The notes beneath the pieces were generated by a model. The model searched no databases. It was not told where the DNA came from and saw only the letters and a list, made by a program, of their open reading frames with translations. Shown here piece by piece: positions 12,248-26,036 of a DNA stretch of 64,000 nt. A program made the position numbers and the translations under genes. Numbering within the stretch: position 1 is the stretch's first letter; the number at the start of each line of letters is the position of its first letter. The stretch spans positions 31,930,001 through 31,994,000 of the forward strand of contig OX597815.1 in NCBI GenBank assembly GCA_951406725.2. The letters are read 5' to 3'. The stretch comes from Octopus vulgaris (lineage: Eukaryota).

Positions 12248-12480
12248 ACGGTGAGCTGGCAGAAACGTTAGCACGCAGGGTGAAATGCTTAGCGGTATTT
12301 CGTCTGCCGTTACGTTCTGAGTTCAAATTCCGCCAAGGTCGACTTTACCTTTCATCCTTCCGGGGTCGATTAAATAAGTACCAGTTACGCACTGGGGTCA
12401 ATGTAATCGATTTAATCCCTTTGTCTGTCTTTGTTTGTCCCCTCTATGTTTAGCCCCTTGTAGGCAATAAAGAAATAAAG
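12248..12480 (+). mobile_element. SINE family B, full length
   Basis: Head GGTGAGCTGGCAGAAACGTTAGC, tail TAGCCCCTTGTAGGCAATAAAGAAAT. Confidence 0.88.
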
Positions 12481-12949
12481 AAAAGAAAAAAAAGAAATAA
12501 GAACCGTGAACATGGTGAGCAATTCTTTCGTTATAATTATATAAAATAGCTGATAAAAAGAGTAAAAGAATTAAAGTGAACAACTTGAAAATCAGTAATA
12601 TAATTAAATTTATATAAGATTCTTATCGTTTGTAATCGGTGGTTAAATGTAGTCAAAATTGAATAACTAGATGCAGGAGGACCAAAGTGCTTAGAAGAGA
12701 TAATTATTCATGAAGCGTTGACTGAACGGAATTACTTCCTACAAGAGATTTGCATGATAACTGATGGTATTGATCATACTATTGATTACAGCCTCTTGCA
12801 TTGGTGGGACTGATTTATAATTCGATGGTGTGCTGTGAACAGCCAATGACTCTTTAATCAATCGTGAGGCATTTGCAGATGGAAAATCTTGTAAGCAAAA
12901 TTCTTTCTTCTCTGCGTCTGACAACGTCGTCTTGTGGAATTCATTAGTG

Positions 12950-13450
12950 AACAGCAATTGACTTCAAGCAGTCAGAAGTAATTCTTGGCTGGTTTATGTC
13001 AGAAGTAGGTGCCGTGTGCTGTATTGAGGATACGGTCGTACAGACTGACCAGTCAAAATTTACACACCGCAAATACCATTGCAGTAGTCATCGGGCAGAG
13101 TGACAACTGAACCTTACAGCTTTAGATGTATCTCTGTGCCTGTCTCTGATCGAATTGCTTCGATATTATTGCCCATCATTATTGATGATGTGTTGCCATA
13201 CACCGGCATTGTAAATGATGGCTAGCGTGTCAGCTATCAACGATTGTCAAGCCACGACACAGTGATCTTCGATCTTCATCTTGTAGATTTAAATCATGTA
13301 ACTATGTACGCCAACACTATAGAATGAATATGAAGTCACGTCAGCTATAAGTATCAAACCATGCCTAAGTACTTCATACTATCTGCATTCTACTTAGCTG
13401 TTAGAATTCTGTTGGCATCAGGTGCATATATATAATGTATTCATGGCATT
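12950..13450 (+). mobile_element. decayed Merlin (IS1016/ISXO2-like) transposase
   Basis: VVQTDQSKFTHRKYH...VPVSDRIASILLPIIIDDVLPYTGIVNDG*RVSYQRL...YANTIE*I*SHV matches the Merlin pattern VxIDESKF..RKYHRG / VPDRxxxTLLPII...SDGWxAY / HTNTIExxW; contains stops. Confidence 0.75.
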
Positions 13451-15223
13451 CACCAGATGCATTAGACATTTTACGCAATGTCGATCATTTTATTTTATAG
13501 ATTTTAACGACAGCAAAAAAAAAAGAAAGATATATTTAATTACACCATTCTGGATTTCACAAACAAATAAGGTACCTTCTGATTTCATTTTATTGTCCAT
13601 TATTACCGACTATTAATTCTTTTATCACTTCCCAGTTATTTCACATCTGTATCGGCTATTTTATGAGCTCATATCGAAGGAATTCACCATGACGATATAA
13701 AAAACATAAGCGATCTAAGATTCATGTCTGTTTTCTAAAATTAATCACTTTATAAAGCAGCTAAAATTACTGCAATTATTGAATATGGAAAACACTTATA
13801 ATTAAAATGAAATAATTTGACTCCTAATATGTTTTATTTTCGTCTATGATTGGATAGGGAGAGATAATTGCTAATTGTTAATCTCGCTGACGCAGCATCA
13901 AAGCCTGAACCATTGGATAATACTATGATCTTGGCAATATCAATGATTAACTCTTTCTTTTCAATATTTTAATTGTAATTACTTTTATTTCATTGCGTGC
14001 AAATTCCATTTGAACTCTCTTAAGTTGAATAGCATGAAAATAAAAACTAAAAAAATAAAAGAGCATGCTAAATTAGATTTATTTTAAGCACTTAAAAAAT
14101 GGCTGAATTACGAAGTGAAACAAAATGGCAGTCTCTTCTCAACTTACAGTGAATTTTAATCTATACCATAGACACAAGCCACATTTTTGAATGACACAAA
14201 ATTTGGGTTGGTTTAATAAAGCTCAATAGATGGCTTGTACCTATTTTGAGGCTTTAGCCGTAAAAGCGACTTCGGCAGAATTTGGAATAAAACGTAAAGG
14301 TATGCGGCTAAATGTGACTATTTTATTCGACGTTTTACTAATCCTCCAATCTATGCTTCAGTTAAGGAAAATGCCAACACTAATATCAGTCCAATTGAAA
14401 ATGTACCTATTCTACAAGTTTTCCTCTCAAAAGAAACAAAACAAATTATCTCAGTGTTTGATGAAATGGCAAATTTTAAGATATGGAATTTTCAGTAAAA
14501 TGACAGAAACATGCATGTATGTTGGTGTATCAAATACTGACCAAAAAATGGGTGAATAATGACGTTTTTTGAGAATAAATATAAATGAGTAAGAATAAGA
14601 TTTTATTTTTCAAATTCTTTTCCCCACAAAATAATAGATTGTCTTCATATGTAAGTGCGTAGGTATGTGTCTCTGAGCCATTTATATGTATGCATGTGTG
14701 TGTCTGTGTGTGCATGAGTATGTATGAATATGTGCACATATCTATGTATATGAATATATCATTAGTTGTTTTAATGGCTCAGTTAGAGGAGGAGCAGTGC
14801 CCTTCACTTTTCTCTGAGCTTCTGTGATTGGCTGCAGGAAGGGAGAAAAATCACACTCGGACCGGAAACTTGGCCTCAATGCTTGCAAATAGAGTTCACT
14901 CAACGAAAGAAAGCCAAGGGTAACGGATTAAGTGCACTACCCAGGTTTCCTTCCACTCACGTTCCCGTCTGGGAAATTTCACTCGCAAGGCTTCGGCGGA
15001 TCTGAGTCTAATGCAGAAGACACTTCTCTCAAGTGCTACGCAATGGGATCAACCCTAATCTACGCAGTCGTGAAGTGACCTGCTTAACCACACAACCATG
15101 TCTGCACTTATTCATAGAAATAAATCTATGCCTTTGTGGGAATGTATATATGCGTTTGTGTATGCACGTACGTATATTTGTGTGTTTATATTAATGTATA
15201 TATAAATGTGAGTGACTGATGTA

Positions 15224-15262
<39 letters not shown>

Positions 15263-15958
15263 GTGTATTTGTGTGTCTTCATGTCTATGTATCTGTTCAT
15301 GTATGTGAACGAATCATCTTTTATTCAGCAATTCATTATGACATGGCGTCGCATATTGCCCCTTTAAGCAATTAATTCAATAGTTAATTGCTGAATAGTT
15401 CTAATATCAAACAGTTAAGGTTACAAGTATTGCGGAAACGAAAAAAAACGACAAAAAATCGGGGGTTAACAGAAGGAATTAGAACACACAGATGGCTTTT
15501 TCTCAAAATTGAATTGACTGAAAGTATGTAATCGGTGGGAATTAGAAAATATGCTAATTGTAAGTTATGGATTAGACATCAAAGACGGAGGTTTACATCG
15601 ATAGGAGTAAAAGTATGATAACTGCTTAGTGTAAAAAATACACATTTATATAAATTATACAAAAAGTGATTGAAGATACCGTTGAACGATGAGAACGGAG
15701 GTTGAGAACAGAAAGGAGAGACGTGGACAGATAGATACGACCATGGCAACTGACAGAAAAGAAGGGATTAAAAGTGAGATAGTGATAGAGAAGGTGGGAT
15801 ATAAGAGAGGTATATAAGAAGAAAAAAATAAGGAAAAAAATAATGGACGGGATGAAGAGATACAGAGTATATATATATATATATATATGAGTAAATTAAG
15901 GATAAGCAAGTTAGGCAAGTTGAGATACAAAAATATTAAATACATTTAATAGAAAAAA

Positions 15959-15993
<35 letters not shown>

Positions 15994-16239
15994 GTGACTT
16001 AGAGTGCTGTAAGAAATAAGTTAAAACTCTTAATGCTGAGTTTTAACTCTTATTTCTGGCAATATAAGTGCTTCAGCACCCTCAGTCACAATTAATAACG
16101 ATTAAATGATTCCTATATGGTCTGATATTGCGTCTAGCTCTTTATATTAATTTTCAATATATATATAGATAGATAGATAGATAGATAGAGGGAGATAGGT
16201 GGGGAACTGGAGCTGTTATTACCAATATCTACTGTTGTT

Positions 16240-16500
16240 TAGGTCAAGGAACAAGGAAAACTCGGCATCCCTGTCCGAATTCATCCGTAAACTTCAGAAC
16301 CAAATACCTTAACGCTCTTCAATAACACGGGTATTGTCGATAAAGACAAACTTCAGTGAATCATGAAACAACATGATTTGTTCAACTGAAATGTTTCAAC
16401 CAACCAGTCATATCAAAAAGCCAGAAGGCAGAGATATTCGAAGGAAATTTCTCTGATGATAGAAATACGGCAATTAGATACTCGGTATTTCAAGAGCTAT
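16240..16500 (+). mobile_element. possible Penelope-like GIY-YIG C-terminal remnant
   Basis: SRNKENSASLSEFIRKLQNQ...DLxSTEMF resembles the PLE endonuclease tail; followed by CTGATGA. Confidence 0.4.
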
Positions 16501-19500
16501 TGACTCAAACCAATAGCTATCAAACCTAAAGAGCGTTATGGTGTAGTTTTCTATTCATAACTACATAGGTCTGAATTTGGAAGTTTCCATTGCACCATGA
16601 CTGTCCACTGTCGCATATTTGATCACTTTACTCATCTTGCCCCATGAGGGCAGCCTATCTCGTGTATATTATCTACTCACGTATATCTTGCACGTATAAA
16701 ACTCCGTAGTAATACTAGAATGAATAATCAAAATAATGCTATGTCTGTACGTACGTATAAAGAGAGGGGGAAACAGAAAAAGAAATAGAGGCAAGTTGGC
16801 CAGAGGGGAAGCAGTGAAAGAGAAATAAAAGTACACAAATATAAAGGACAAATTACAAAAGATAGAGGCCTACAGAAATGAAAAGGAGAAGGATAAGAGA
16901 TAATGGGGAGAGGACGATAAGGTAAAATGAACATGGTCGTCTGCTTCAATCAATTTCATAATTCTAATAAGATATATTATCTTTTGACGTCTTTTTTGAA
17001 CATTTGCTTTTTGTTAATGTTATCTGACGTAGTAAATTAGAAGATAACAGAAATATGATTAGTTTTTGTTATCGCTGCTCTAATAATTGCTTTTGTTTTT
17101 ATTGCTGTTTTTCTTAGCTCTACTCTCTCGTGTTATCACTGAGCTCTGTTAAGAAATTATTTTTTGGGATTATTTTATTAAAAAGAAAAAAAAAAAAAGA
17201 AATTATTTTTGATTGTTTAGTTTATTAGTTCTGTCTTACCTACAAATAGCATTGGAAAATGTGAACGCCTATCGCTTTACCGAGGGGTAATCTTCCAAAG
17301 AATAAGATTTCTGTTACTATCGTATAAAATAAGACTATAAAGATTTGTTTAACCAATTTCTTTTCACATAAAAATTTTAAATCGTTGGTATTTAGAAGCA
17401 CGATTGATGTATCAATACCTATTATTTTGTTTTTAAATGTTTATTCCCAGTTTCAATGCTAACAGGGTCACTGGAATAACATTACCCAACAGGGTGCATA
17501 GCTCAGAGGTTAATGGGGTCAAGCCACTGCTTCTCTGTACTAAGTGGTCACAGCTCCAGTATTATGAACATGTGGCTAGAATGTTATAGGAAAAGATTGT
17601 AAGACAGATACTTCAAGCCAAGCCAACCAGCAGGATATTTATAGGTAGGCCAAGAATAAAATGATTGGATAATATCCATAGTTTCATGGTTAATGTATGG
17701 GAATCCAGCAGAAAAGTGTAATTACAGTTGCTTCTGATATACCCCTATGTAGGAAGTACCTGAGGGCTCTACCCCACCATGACCTTTCCAAAAATGGATG
17801 GATGGGTGGAACTTATTTCTAATATCTATTTTTCACTACCTCTACCTTTCATATATTTATATAGAATACTTGAAGCAGTACTTATTAAATACAGAAAGAA
17901 CTTGTACAGAAAGGATTTGTAAAACAATTGATCAATTTAATTGATAACTTAACAATCTTAAGATTGAATTTTTCCAATGTGCCTAATGGAAATGTAATCT
18001 TAATCTTGTTTTGGGCAAAAAAAAAAAATATACATAATAAAATTTTAATTTTGTTAAAACATACTTTCTCATTGAATATGTGTAGCATGTATGTGTATAT
18101 ATGTTTGTATGTATACAGACATATGTACATAAAGAGAGATAAGGACAGACAGATATGTAGATGGACAGATAGATAGATAATTCATAATATATATTTAATA
18201 TGAATTATCTATCTATTTATCTGTCCATCTACATATCTTTCTGTGAAATTTGATTTAATACTAAATTGAATTTTTCCCTGTAAGTTTGGAGTTATACTCC
18301 CTAATATTATATATCAATATATATATATGTATATATATATAAAGTTATAAGCAAATAGGAAGACAGAAAGATAGGCAGATACATAGATAGATATGTGCAG
18401 ATGGTTTGATAAACATTTGTACATATACATAAGAACATACATATATACATATATAGAGGGGAGAAATGATGTCCATGGCATAACAACAATAAATAAATAA
18501 TACATATATAAATGTATAAATAAATAATACATACATAAATGTATAAATAAATAAGAGTTCTCAATTTTTGTATGACATACATCTACAGAAGTTAGATGCG
18601 TTGGAAATGTGAATGTTCATATGAAATATGAAAATTGGAGGGAGACCTTTCCTGACAGACATGTCTTTGGTGATTTCAGATATATTTGATTACAATGTCA
18701 TCCTGGATAAGATAGAAAATATGAGCAGGATTCTTCACTAGCAGTTTTTATGGTTGTAATATATATAAAAGCTTGTTGTTTTTCTCTAATTAGCTTTAAG
18801 TAGCTTCACATTTTAAGCAGGAAGCAAGTATTTGTAATTCTAACTGTATAGATTGTCGCATTGCTACTGCTGTAGTATCATCTAAATATATGTCAAGATC
18901 ACATATACATGTGTGTATATTGTATATACATACACACACACACGCATATATATACACAAAACATTTACATGTACATGCACACACACTTATGTATATACAT
19001 ATGTTTACGTGTGTATTTGTGTATGCATATGTGTCTGAACATGAGTATATATATATATACAGGTACCTGGGTATATCTGAAAAATTACTGTTACAAGTAT
19101 TTTAGTAGGAGAATCACTCAAGTTATTTATAGTTATACATATTTGTACATATGCACTGTGACACTATTGTTTAAAATTCCGAAGAATGATAATTAAATTT
19201 TTAATAGTGGAAGAATTTTATTTATACATGTGTGTGCATGTTTGTGTGTGTGTGTGTTCTATATTACGTGTTCTATATAAATGATTCATTTCAAATGGCC
19301 GTATGTTTCACTCTAAATGAGTTTATCAAAAGAATGAAGTAGATGTTTCAGTTGATAGAGTTTATAGTTAAAAATCTGAGGATATGTTTGAAGGCATGAG
19401 TATTCTGAAAGAATTTTACATTCTATAGCATTGAAAAGAAGAGGAGAGTATCAAAGGAAGAAAAATGTGCTGTGAAAAGGAAAGACTAACCACTGTAGGG

Positions 19501-21876
19501 AACCAGAGTGCTAGTCATCATCTTCATCATCATCATTTAAGGTCTGTTTTCCATCCTGACATGGATTGGATGGTTTGACAGGGTCTAGCAAGCTGCAGAG
19601 CTATGTCAAGCCCCAATATCAGCTTTGGTATGGGTTCTATGGTTGCATGCCCTTCCTAAAGCCAACCACTTAACAAAGTGTGCTGGGTGCTTTTTTCATG
19701 ACAGTGGAAAGTAACTTACAAGACAAAGAACAAAAAATGTCCTCTTGATTAAGCAGGAGTGTATTTGAGACAATAGGGTGGTGTTTTATGCCTGGTGTTG
19801 AAGACTAAAGTACGATAAAAGGACAAGTATAAGTGCTTTGCTGTGCAGGAGAGTGAATTTGTAATTAGTTAGAAAGACAAGGAGAAGTGTGATAGACTGC
19901 ATAGGAATGAAAGTGGGTGAGATGATAGCCATCTCCTAAAACAGATACAAGGAATCAAAATTAGGTCTTGTTTGTCAGAAAGCTGGAGAGGAAACATAGA
20001 AAAGATTATATAAAAAAAATCTTAAAATAATTAACTAAGTAGATAATATCTATAATCCAGGATTTAAATGATAATTATTAAAGAAGCAATCAAATTTTTT
20101 TTTTAAATCTCTGTGCTTCTGGAAGAGAATATAAGTAAAGAATATTCACGTTTTCAAACAGCATCTCCTACTGATTCCTGATTATAAATTTTATCAGCTA
20201 AACCAAAAACTTCATTTGTATAGTAATGTCCTTTGGAACAAATCATACAACCAACTGTGAGGAATTGATTTTCAATGAAATACTCACTATTATTCTTGAC
20301 TTCAGAACATGATTTTGAATCATTTATTTGTTCATAACTAGTGTGAGTGTGTGTGTGTGTGTGTGAATCTATTATAAAAAAGAAAAATGTTGTAAGATCA
20401 CCTATGAGAATTAAGCCTTATCTGCAGTAAGCTTTATATCTATGCTAACAATTTCATCAACTTTAACTAACTTTCCAACTTAGATGTCTTACCATCCTAG
20501 GGTATATATATATATACATATGTATACACACACATATATCCATATTTATATATATACATACTAATGTATATATACATATGTATATACACAAACATATATA
20601 TGCATATATATATATACACATACAAATGTATATATACATGTATATACACACACATATATCAGCAAATATAGATATATATATATAAACACATATGTATACA
20701 CATATACGCACACACATATATAGAAACACATGCATATAAATTATACAGAGTCACACATATATGCATTATTTTATTTTTTATTTTATTTTATTTTATCTAG
20801 TTTCAGCTCATGAGCTGTGGCCATGCTGGGGCACCACCATTCATTATCTTAATGAAATGTCTTCACTTTATGTATTTTACTTTCAACTGCCTTCCCTTTA
20901 ATGTGACATTCATTCAAGCATTGATAGGAAACTGTACATATATCTGGAGCTCTTGTAAGAAATTATACTCAGTAAAAACATAACTATTTATGATAACAGT
21001 AAATTAAACATTCACAACCACTTGTAAATCATTTTGAAGTGATTCGTCTTATCCTATATCATATCACTATCATCATCATTCAAGTCCATTTCCCATGCTG
21101 GCATGGATTAGACAGTTTGACAGGAGCTGGCAAGCTAAAGGAATGCACCAAGCTCTACTGTCATATATATATATATTTATATATATATATATATGTACAT
21201 ATATATGTACATATAATCTATAATGCACAGATGTATATATTAAATTGCACACACGTACCCACCCACATCTGTGTTAACATTCTGCAATAAATTGTTCACC
21301 TGATGAACTGGTCTGGTTCAGCATACAGTAGCTCTTAGAACACCCACTGCAGAAGATGCAAATAATCACAATAATGAAACATACAGAGGAAATAGGTTAT
21401 ATAAACTGCACATTGTGTTTATATATGTACTCATATGTAGAATATATATATATATATATATATATATGAAAATGTATGATAAACATGTTTCCTTTGGTCA
21501 AATTTCATGTAGTATAATTACTCGCAAAACCCTTCTGCTTCATCTACATAACACAAAAAATCCTCATAGACCCTTACCAAATACAGCTTACGTATACAAC
21601 CTAGTAACTCATTTGAAATCATGGCTGTAGTTCAGACATAGTATTCTGCGTAACTATAATCTATATCGGTCACCAACAATATTAATATTCAGTAACAACA
21701 ACAATAACAACATCAGCAAAAAACTATTCAGTCAGATTATATGTACAGGATATGTGTATATATTTGTGTGTGTCTGTATAATGCATGTACATATATAAAT
21801 GTGCATCTATATATATGTGAGTAAATGTATGCGTATATTTGTATATTTACATATATCTTAATATACATGTGTGCAT

Positions 21877-21909
<33 letters not shown>

Positions 21910-21924
21910 TATACATACGTACAC

Positions 21925-21987
<63 letters not shown>

Positions 21988-22298
21988 CATACATATACGA
22001 ATACATATATGTATGTATATTGAAATGCCTATATTTTTTTGTTGAAACCAATTTTTTTTCAGGAAAGTTCTTAATTAAACCATTAGAGGTGTACTATTTT
22101 CTCTTTTCATAATAACATATTTGATATTTTCTGATCTCTTTCTTGTGAAGACATAACTGAGTCAACTTAGATTTAAGAGCAAACATTCTTTACAAGCAAT
22201 ATGATCAACCCAATATAATGTTATCTCTATCTCAATACATATATCCATATCCATTTATACACACACACATACATATATATATATCCATTTATACACAC

Positions 22299-22340
<42 letters not shown>

Positions 22341-22432
22341 ATATGTATGTATATATACATATCTCTCTCACACACATATTTGCATATATTTACTGACATG
22401 CATATGTTTGTGTGTATATATATATATATGTG

Positions 22433-22463
<31 letters not shown>

Positions 22464-22599
22464 GTACATATATATATACGTTTATAAATATTTATAACTT
22501 TTACATAGTACATAATATGTATACTTTCATATATCCAAATGACAACATTCAATGCTATAATTTATTCTTTAAGTGTATGTATACACATACACACATGCA

Positions 22600-22630
<31 letters not shown>

Positions 22631-22755
22631 TTATATGCACCACAAACATTCTATATTGATATATAAATATCATGCGACACATTTGGTGTTCTTCAAATTT
22701 TCTTTCAACGCTTCTTTTTGTTGTTTTGTTCCTCTTAGAACCTGTTGTGTCCAGA

Positions 22756-22998
22756 TCATACATCGGCAGCTTTGGATTTGTCTTTGCTCTGCAGAGTGAC
22801 CTCAACAATCTTCACTGTATTAATTTCTTCATCGGCGCAGATATCATCGACCGTCTCAATGTCGAAATCAAGGGGTCTTTTCTTCATCTCTGTCGGAGGT
22901 GATCTATTTAAGGGTGTGTCCCCTGTTTCCACTGAATCAAACTCAGACTGGTTGGTTTCAAGTACAGTAGTTTCTATACGAAGTGACTGGAGGAATCT
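22756..22998 (-). CDS. divergent SLC6 transporter, last coding exon (cytosolic C-tail)
   Basis: Acceptor TTTCATTAACAG; 243 nt, RFLQSLRIETT...KSKAADV*; phase 0. Confidence 0.85.
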   Translation of the reverse strand, partial: RFLQSLRIETTVLETNQSEFDSVETGDTPLNRSPPTEMKKRPLDFDIETVDDICADEEINTVKIVEVTLQSKDKSKAADV

Positions 22999-23084
22999 CT
23001 GTTAATGAAAGATTGACAAGTGAAGAAATTAATAATTTATTCAATGATAAGTAAGTAAAATAGAGATTTTTTTAAAAGAAAATA

Positions 23085-23588
23085 CCGTAGATCCTTGAGT
23101 ATAGTACGCAAGGGATTTTTAGGGGGTGTACTTCTGAAAAACCTAAACCTTGTGTATAATACGCACCCCTTTGCTAACTTGAGTTGTGCATAATTAAGCC
23201 AGCAGCACCTAGTCGAACAAACACTTCCGCACATGCATAATACCATAATGGTGATGTTCTTAACTGTTATATGGGAATGTAAATATGTTTGCGAATTGTT
23301 TTTGTTACATGTTATTCTGTGTTCTGAATACTTTTATTTTAATACATGTTGCTTACTGCAAGTTATGGATGATTTTTTTATGACTTTATTGCTTCCAGGC
23401 TTAGCTTAAGGTATTTTCGCACCTGACATCACAGAATGCATCTGAATAAACAATGCTGAACAGCAAATAGAGACTCGGACATTGCTTAGAAAATATTTTT
23501 CATTTTTAACCTAGTATATAGTATGCACTAGGGATTTTGACCTTTAAATTTTGGGGAAAAAATGCAGATTATACTCGAAGATTTACAG
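23085..23588. mobile_element. pogo/Tigger-like MITE
   Basis: TA-flanked imperfect TIRs CCGTAGATCCTTGAGTATA / reverse complement CTGTAAATCTTCGAGTATA. Confidence 0.65.
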
Positions 23589-23638
23589 TATATATATATA
23601 TAAAGTATCCAACATATAATAACCATTTTATATATATA

Positions 23639-24041
23639 GGCACAGGAGTGGCTGTGTGGTAAGTAGCTTGCTTACCAACCACATGATTCCGGGCTCAGTC
23701 CCACTGCGTGGCACTATGGGCAAGTGTCTTCTACTATAGTCTCAGGCCAACCAAAGCCTTGTGAGTGGATCTGGTAGACGGAAACTGAAAAAAGCCTGTC
23801 GTATATATGTTTACATATATGTATGTGCATGTATATGTTTGTGTGTCTGTGTTCATCCCCCCAACATCGCTTGACAACCGATGTTGGTGTGTTTATGTTC
23901 CCGTAACTTAGCAGTTCAGCAAAAGAGACCGATAGAATAAGTACTAGGCTTACAAAGAATAAGTCCTGGGGTCAATTTGCTTGACTAAAGGCGATGCTCC
24001 AGCATGGCCACAGTCAAATGACTGCAACAAGTAAAAGAGTA
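23639..24041 (+). mobile_element. SINE family A
   Basis: Full-length copy. Confidence 0.9.
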
Positions 24042-24387
24042 TAGAAATATTTCAGTTAGACATAGCAACACTAATCACCCAGTGTTAGAACACAATATAC
24101 ATATGCTTCAGAATGGAGCATCAGCCAAGTACACCGTAGTGATAAGAAATTAGAACGAACGACAAAGGAATAAACAATTGTGTTTTGAACTCTATTAGCT
24201 TATAGTTGTTTATGCTATAAGATGCAATGCATTCATAGTTGAATGCTTGAGTATCACCCTGTAGCTTCATTGAAGCTTCAGACACGAAGCATTCAAGCCT
24301 TCAACAATGAGTGCACCACATTCTGTTGCAGAAACAGCTGTGAGCTAATGAAGTTCAGAACATAATTGTTGATCCATTTGCCATTTT

Positions 24388-24415
24388 AACAACAACAACA
24401 ACAACAACAACAACA

Positions 24416-24494
<79 letters not shown>

Positions 24495-24504
24495 CTTCTT
24501 CTTC
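24388..24504. repeat. compound trinucleotide repeat (AAC)n(TAC)n(TTC)n
   Basis: Directly visible. Confidence 0.95.
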
Positions 24505-24739
24505 CAGTTATTAAATTATGATGTAATTATCTAAGCGAACTGCCAACACTGGTAGGTCTGTCATAAAACCTAGTATCATCAAATTGGAGCACAGGCTTTT
24601 AGTGTTAAAAATGGTACGAAACAGGGTTGTGTTTTGGCACCAGTATCATTTGCTCTATTTTTTGCAGAAAATGCTGGATTGTACTTTTTCTGATGTAGAA
24701 GAATATAGGAATATACCTTGAATATAGGACAACAGGAGG

Positions 24740-25400
24740 CATCTTCAACCAACAGCTTTTCAAAGCAGAGACTAAAATTGCACCTCACACAATAAGGGAC
24801 TTACTGTTTGCAGATGATCATGCCTTGTTTGCTCATACATTCGGGGACATCCAACAGATCATTGATTGATTTGCAGCAGCAGCAGCCAGATCTCTTGGCT
24901 TAACTATCAGCATAAAAAAGACTAAACTGCAGTATCAGCCACATCCTGGTAACAGTCTAGAAATTTTCCCCATTGTGTTTGTTGAACGCAAAGCTCTGAA
25001 AAGCATTGATGCTTTTACATATTTGGGTTCTACAATAACAAGTGATGCTAATCTCGATAGAAAGGTCCAAACTCATATTGGAAAGGGCAGTAAAGTTTGA
25101 GAAGCTTTATGAGTGAATTTGGAATGCTCATGCTGTCTCAGTAAGGACAAAAATTGACATGTTGTCCTAACAACTCTTTTATATGGGGCAGAGAACTGGG
25201 CACCTTATTAAACGCACATCAGTTAGCTGAGCAACTTTCATATGAGATGTCTGAGGCTAATATGCAAGGTTGAGTGGAATGGAGTGAAGAATAGCACTAT
25301 CTTGGTAATGTGTAGAAAATATCCAGTATAGGGGCTTTGCTCACAGAGATACTTAAAATAGTAAAAGACACTTTACCCAAAATGTTACACAATGGGCAGA
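24740..25400 (+). mobile_element. RTE/BovB-like LINE reverse transcriptase fragment
   Basis: IRDLLFADDHALFAH...GLTISIKKTK...FTYLGSTITSDANLD...LLYGAENW; stops and frameshifts. Confidence 0.85.
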
Positions 25401-25573
25401 GACCAAAACCACGTGATCAAAAAGATTCTTAATTATACAGTCATGCCAGTACCTACACACACACACATACCTGTTTTATACTATATAGAGAATCTGCATA
25501 GGGGTTAGAAAATAGGTGAATAAACAAGTCAAGAGATAGATCAGTTGTATGAGATAGACTATTAAATACTTAC

Positions 25574-25744
25574 TTCTTTTAATGTTCCTTTCTGGTTGTG
25601 GAGAACAAAGAATGTGCCCAGTCCAATACCTAATACAATGGGTCCAGCAGCAATTGCCCATCCAATGCCATTAGCCCAGCGCTCTTCGTAACCAACCACA
25701 GGTGTGGCATACACATACCTTATCATGAAATAAGTCAGGAGACA
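25574..25744 (-). CDS. divergent SLC6 exon (TM11 end-TM12)
   Basis: TTTCAG/GTAAGT; 171 nt; CLLTYFMIRYVYATPVVGYEERWANGIGWAIAAGPIVLGIGLGTFFVLHNQKGTLKE (WxxxxGW motif). Confidence 0.9.
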
Positions 25745-25981
25745 CTGAAATAAGAAAAGAAAAAGAAATTTAATTACAGAATATGCCCATCATGCTTAAT
25801 CGTAAATCAATATATTTATGGGATTATGTGGTGATTATGCCTTTCTTTTGAGCACTTAAAGGTATTATGTACCAAGTTACTTAGATACTTTCTTGTCACT
25901 CACACCATGAGAGATGTAAGGAATCAATGGTCACTCCATTGGAAACCTGTAACCAATGTAAATATATATATATCTCGCACC

Positions 25982-26036
25982 GTCTCCGATGAAGGGATAT
26001 TATTATTAATTAATATTCTAGAAACAGCTGTAAGAC
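25982..26036 (+). ncRNA. minimal type-I hammerhead ribozyme-like motif (Penelope-type)
   Basis: GTCT-CCGATGA-[AGGGATATTA..TAATATTCTA]-GAAA-CAGCTG-TA-AGAC; stem I GTCT/AGAC, palindromic stem III, GUA cleavage triplet; core has a U-to-C change. Confidence 0.6.
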
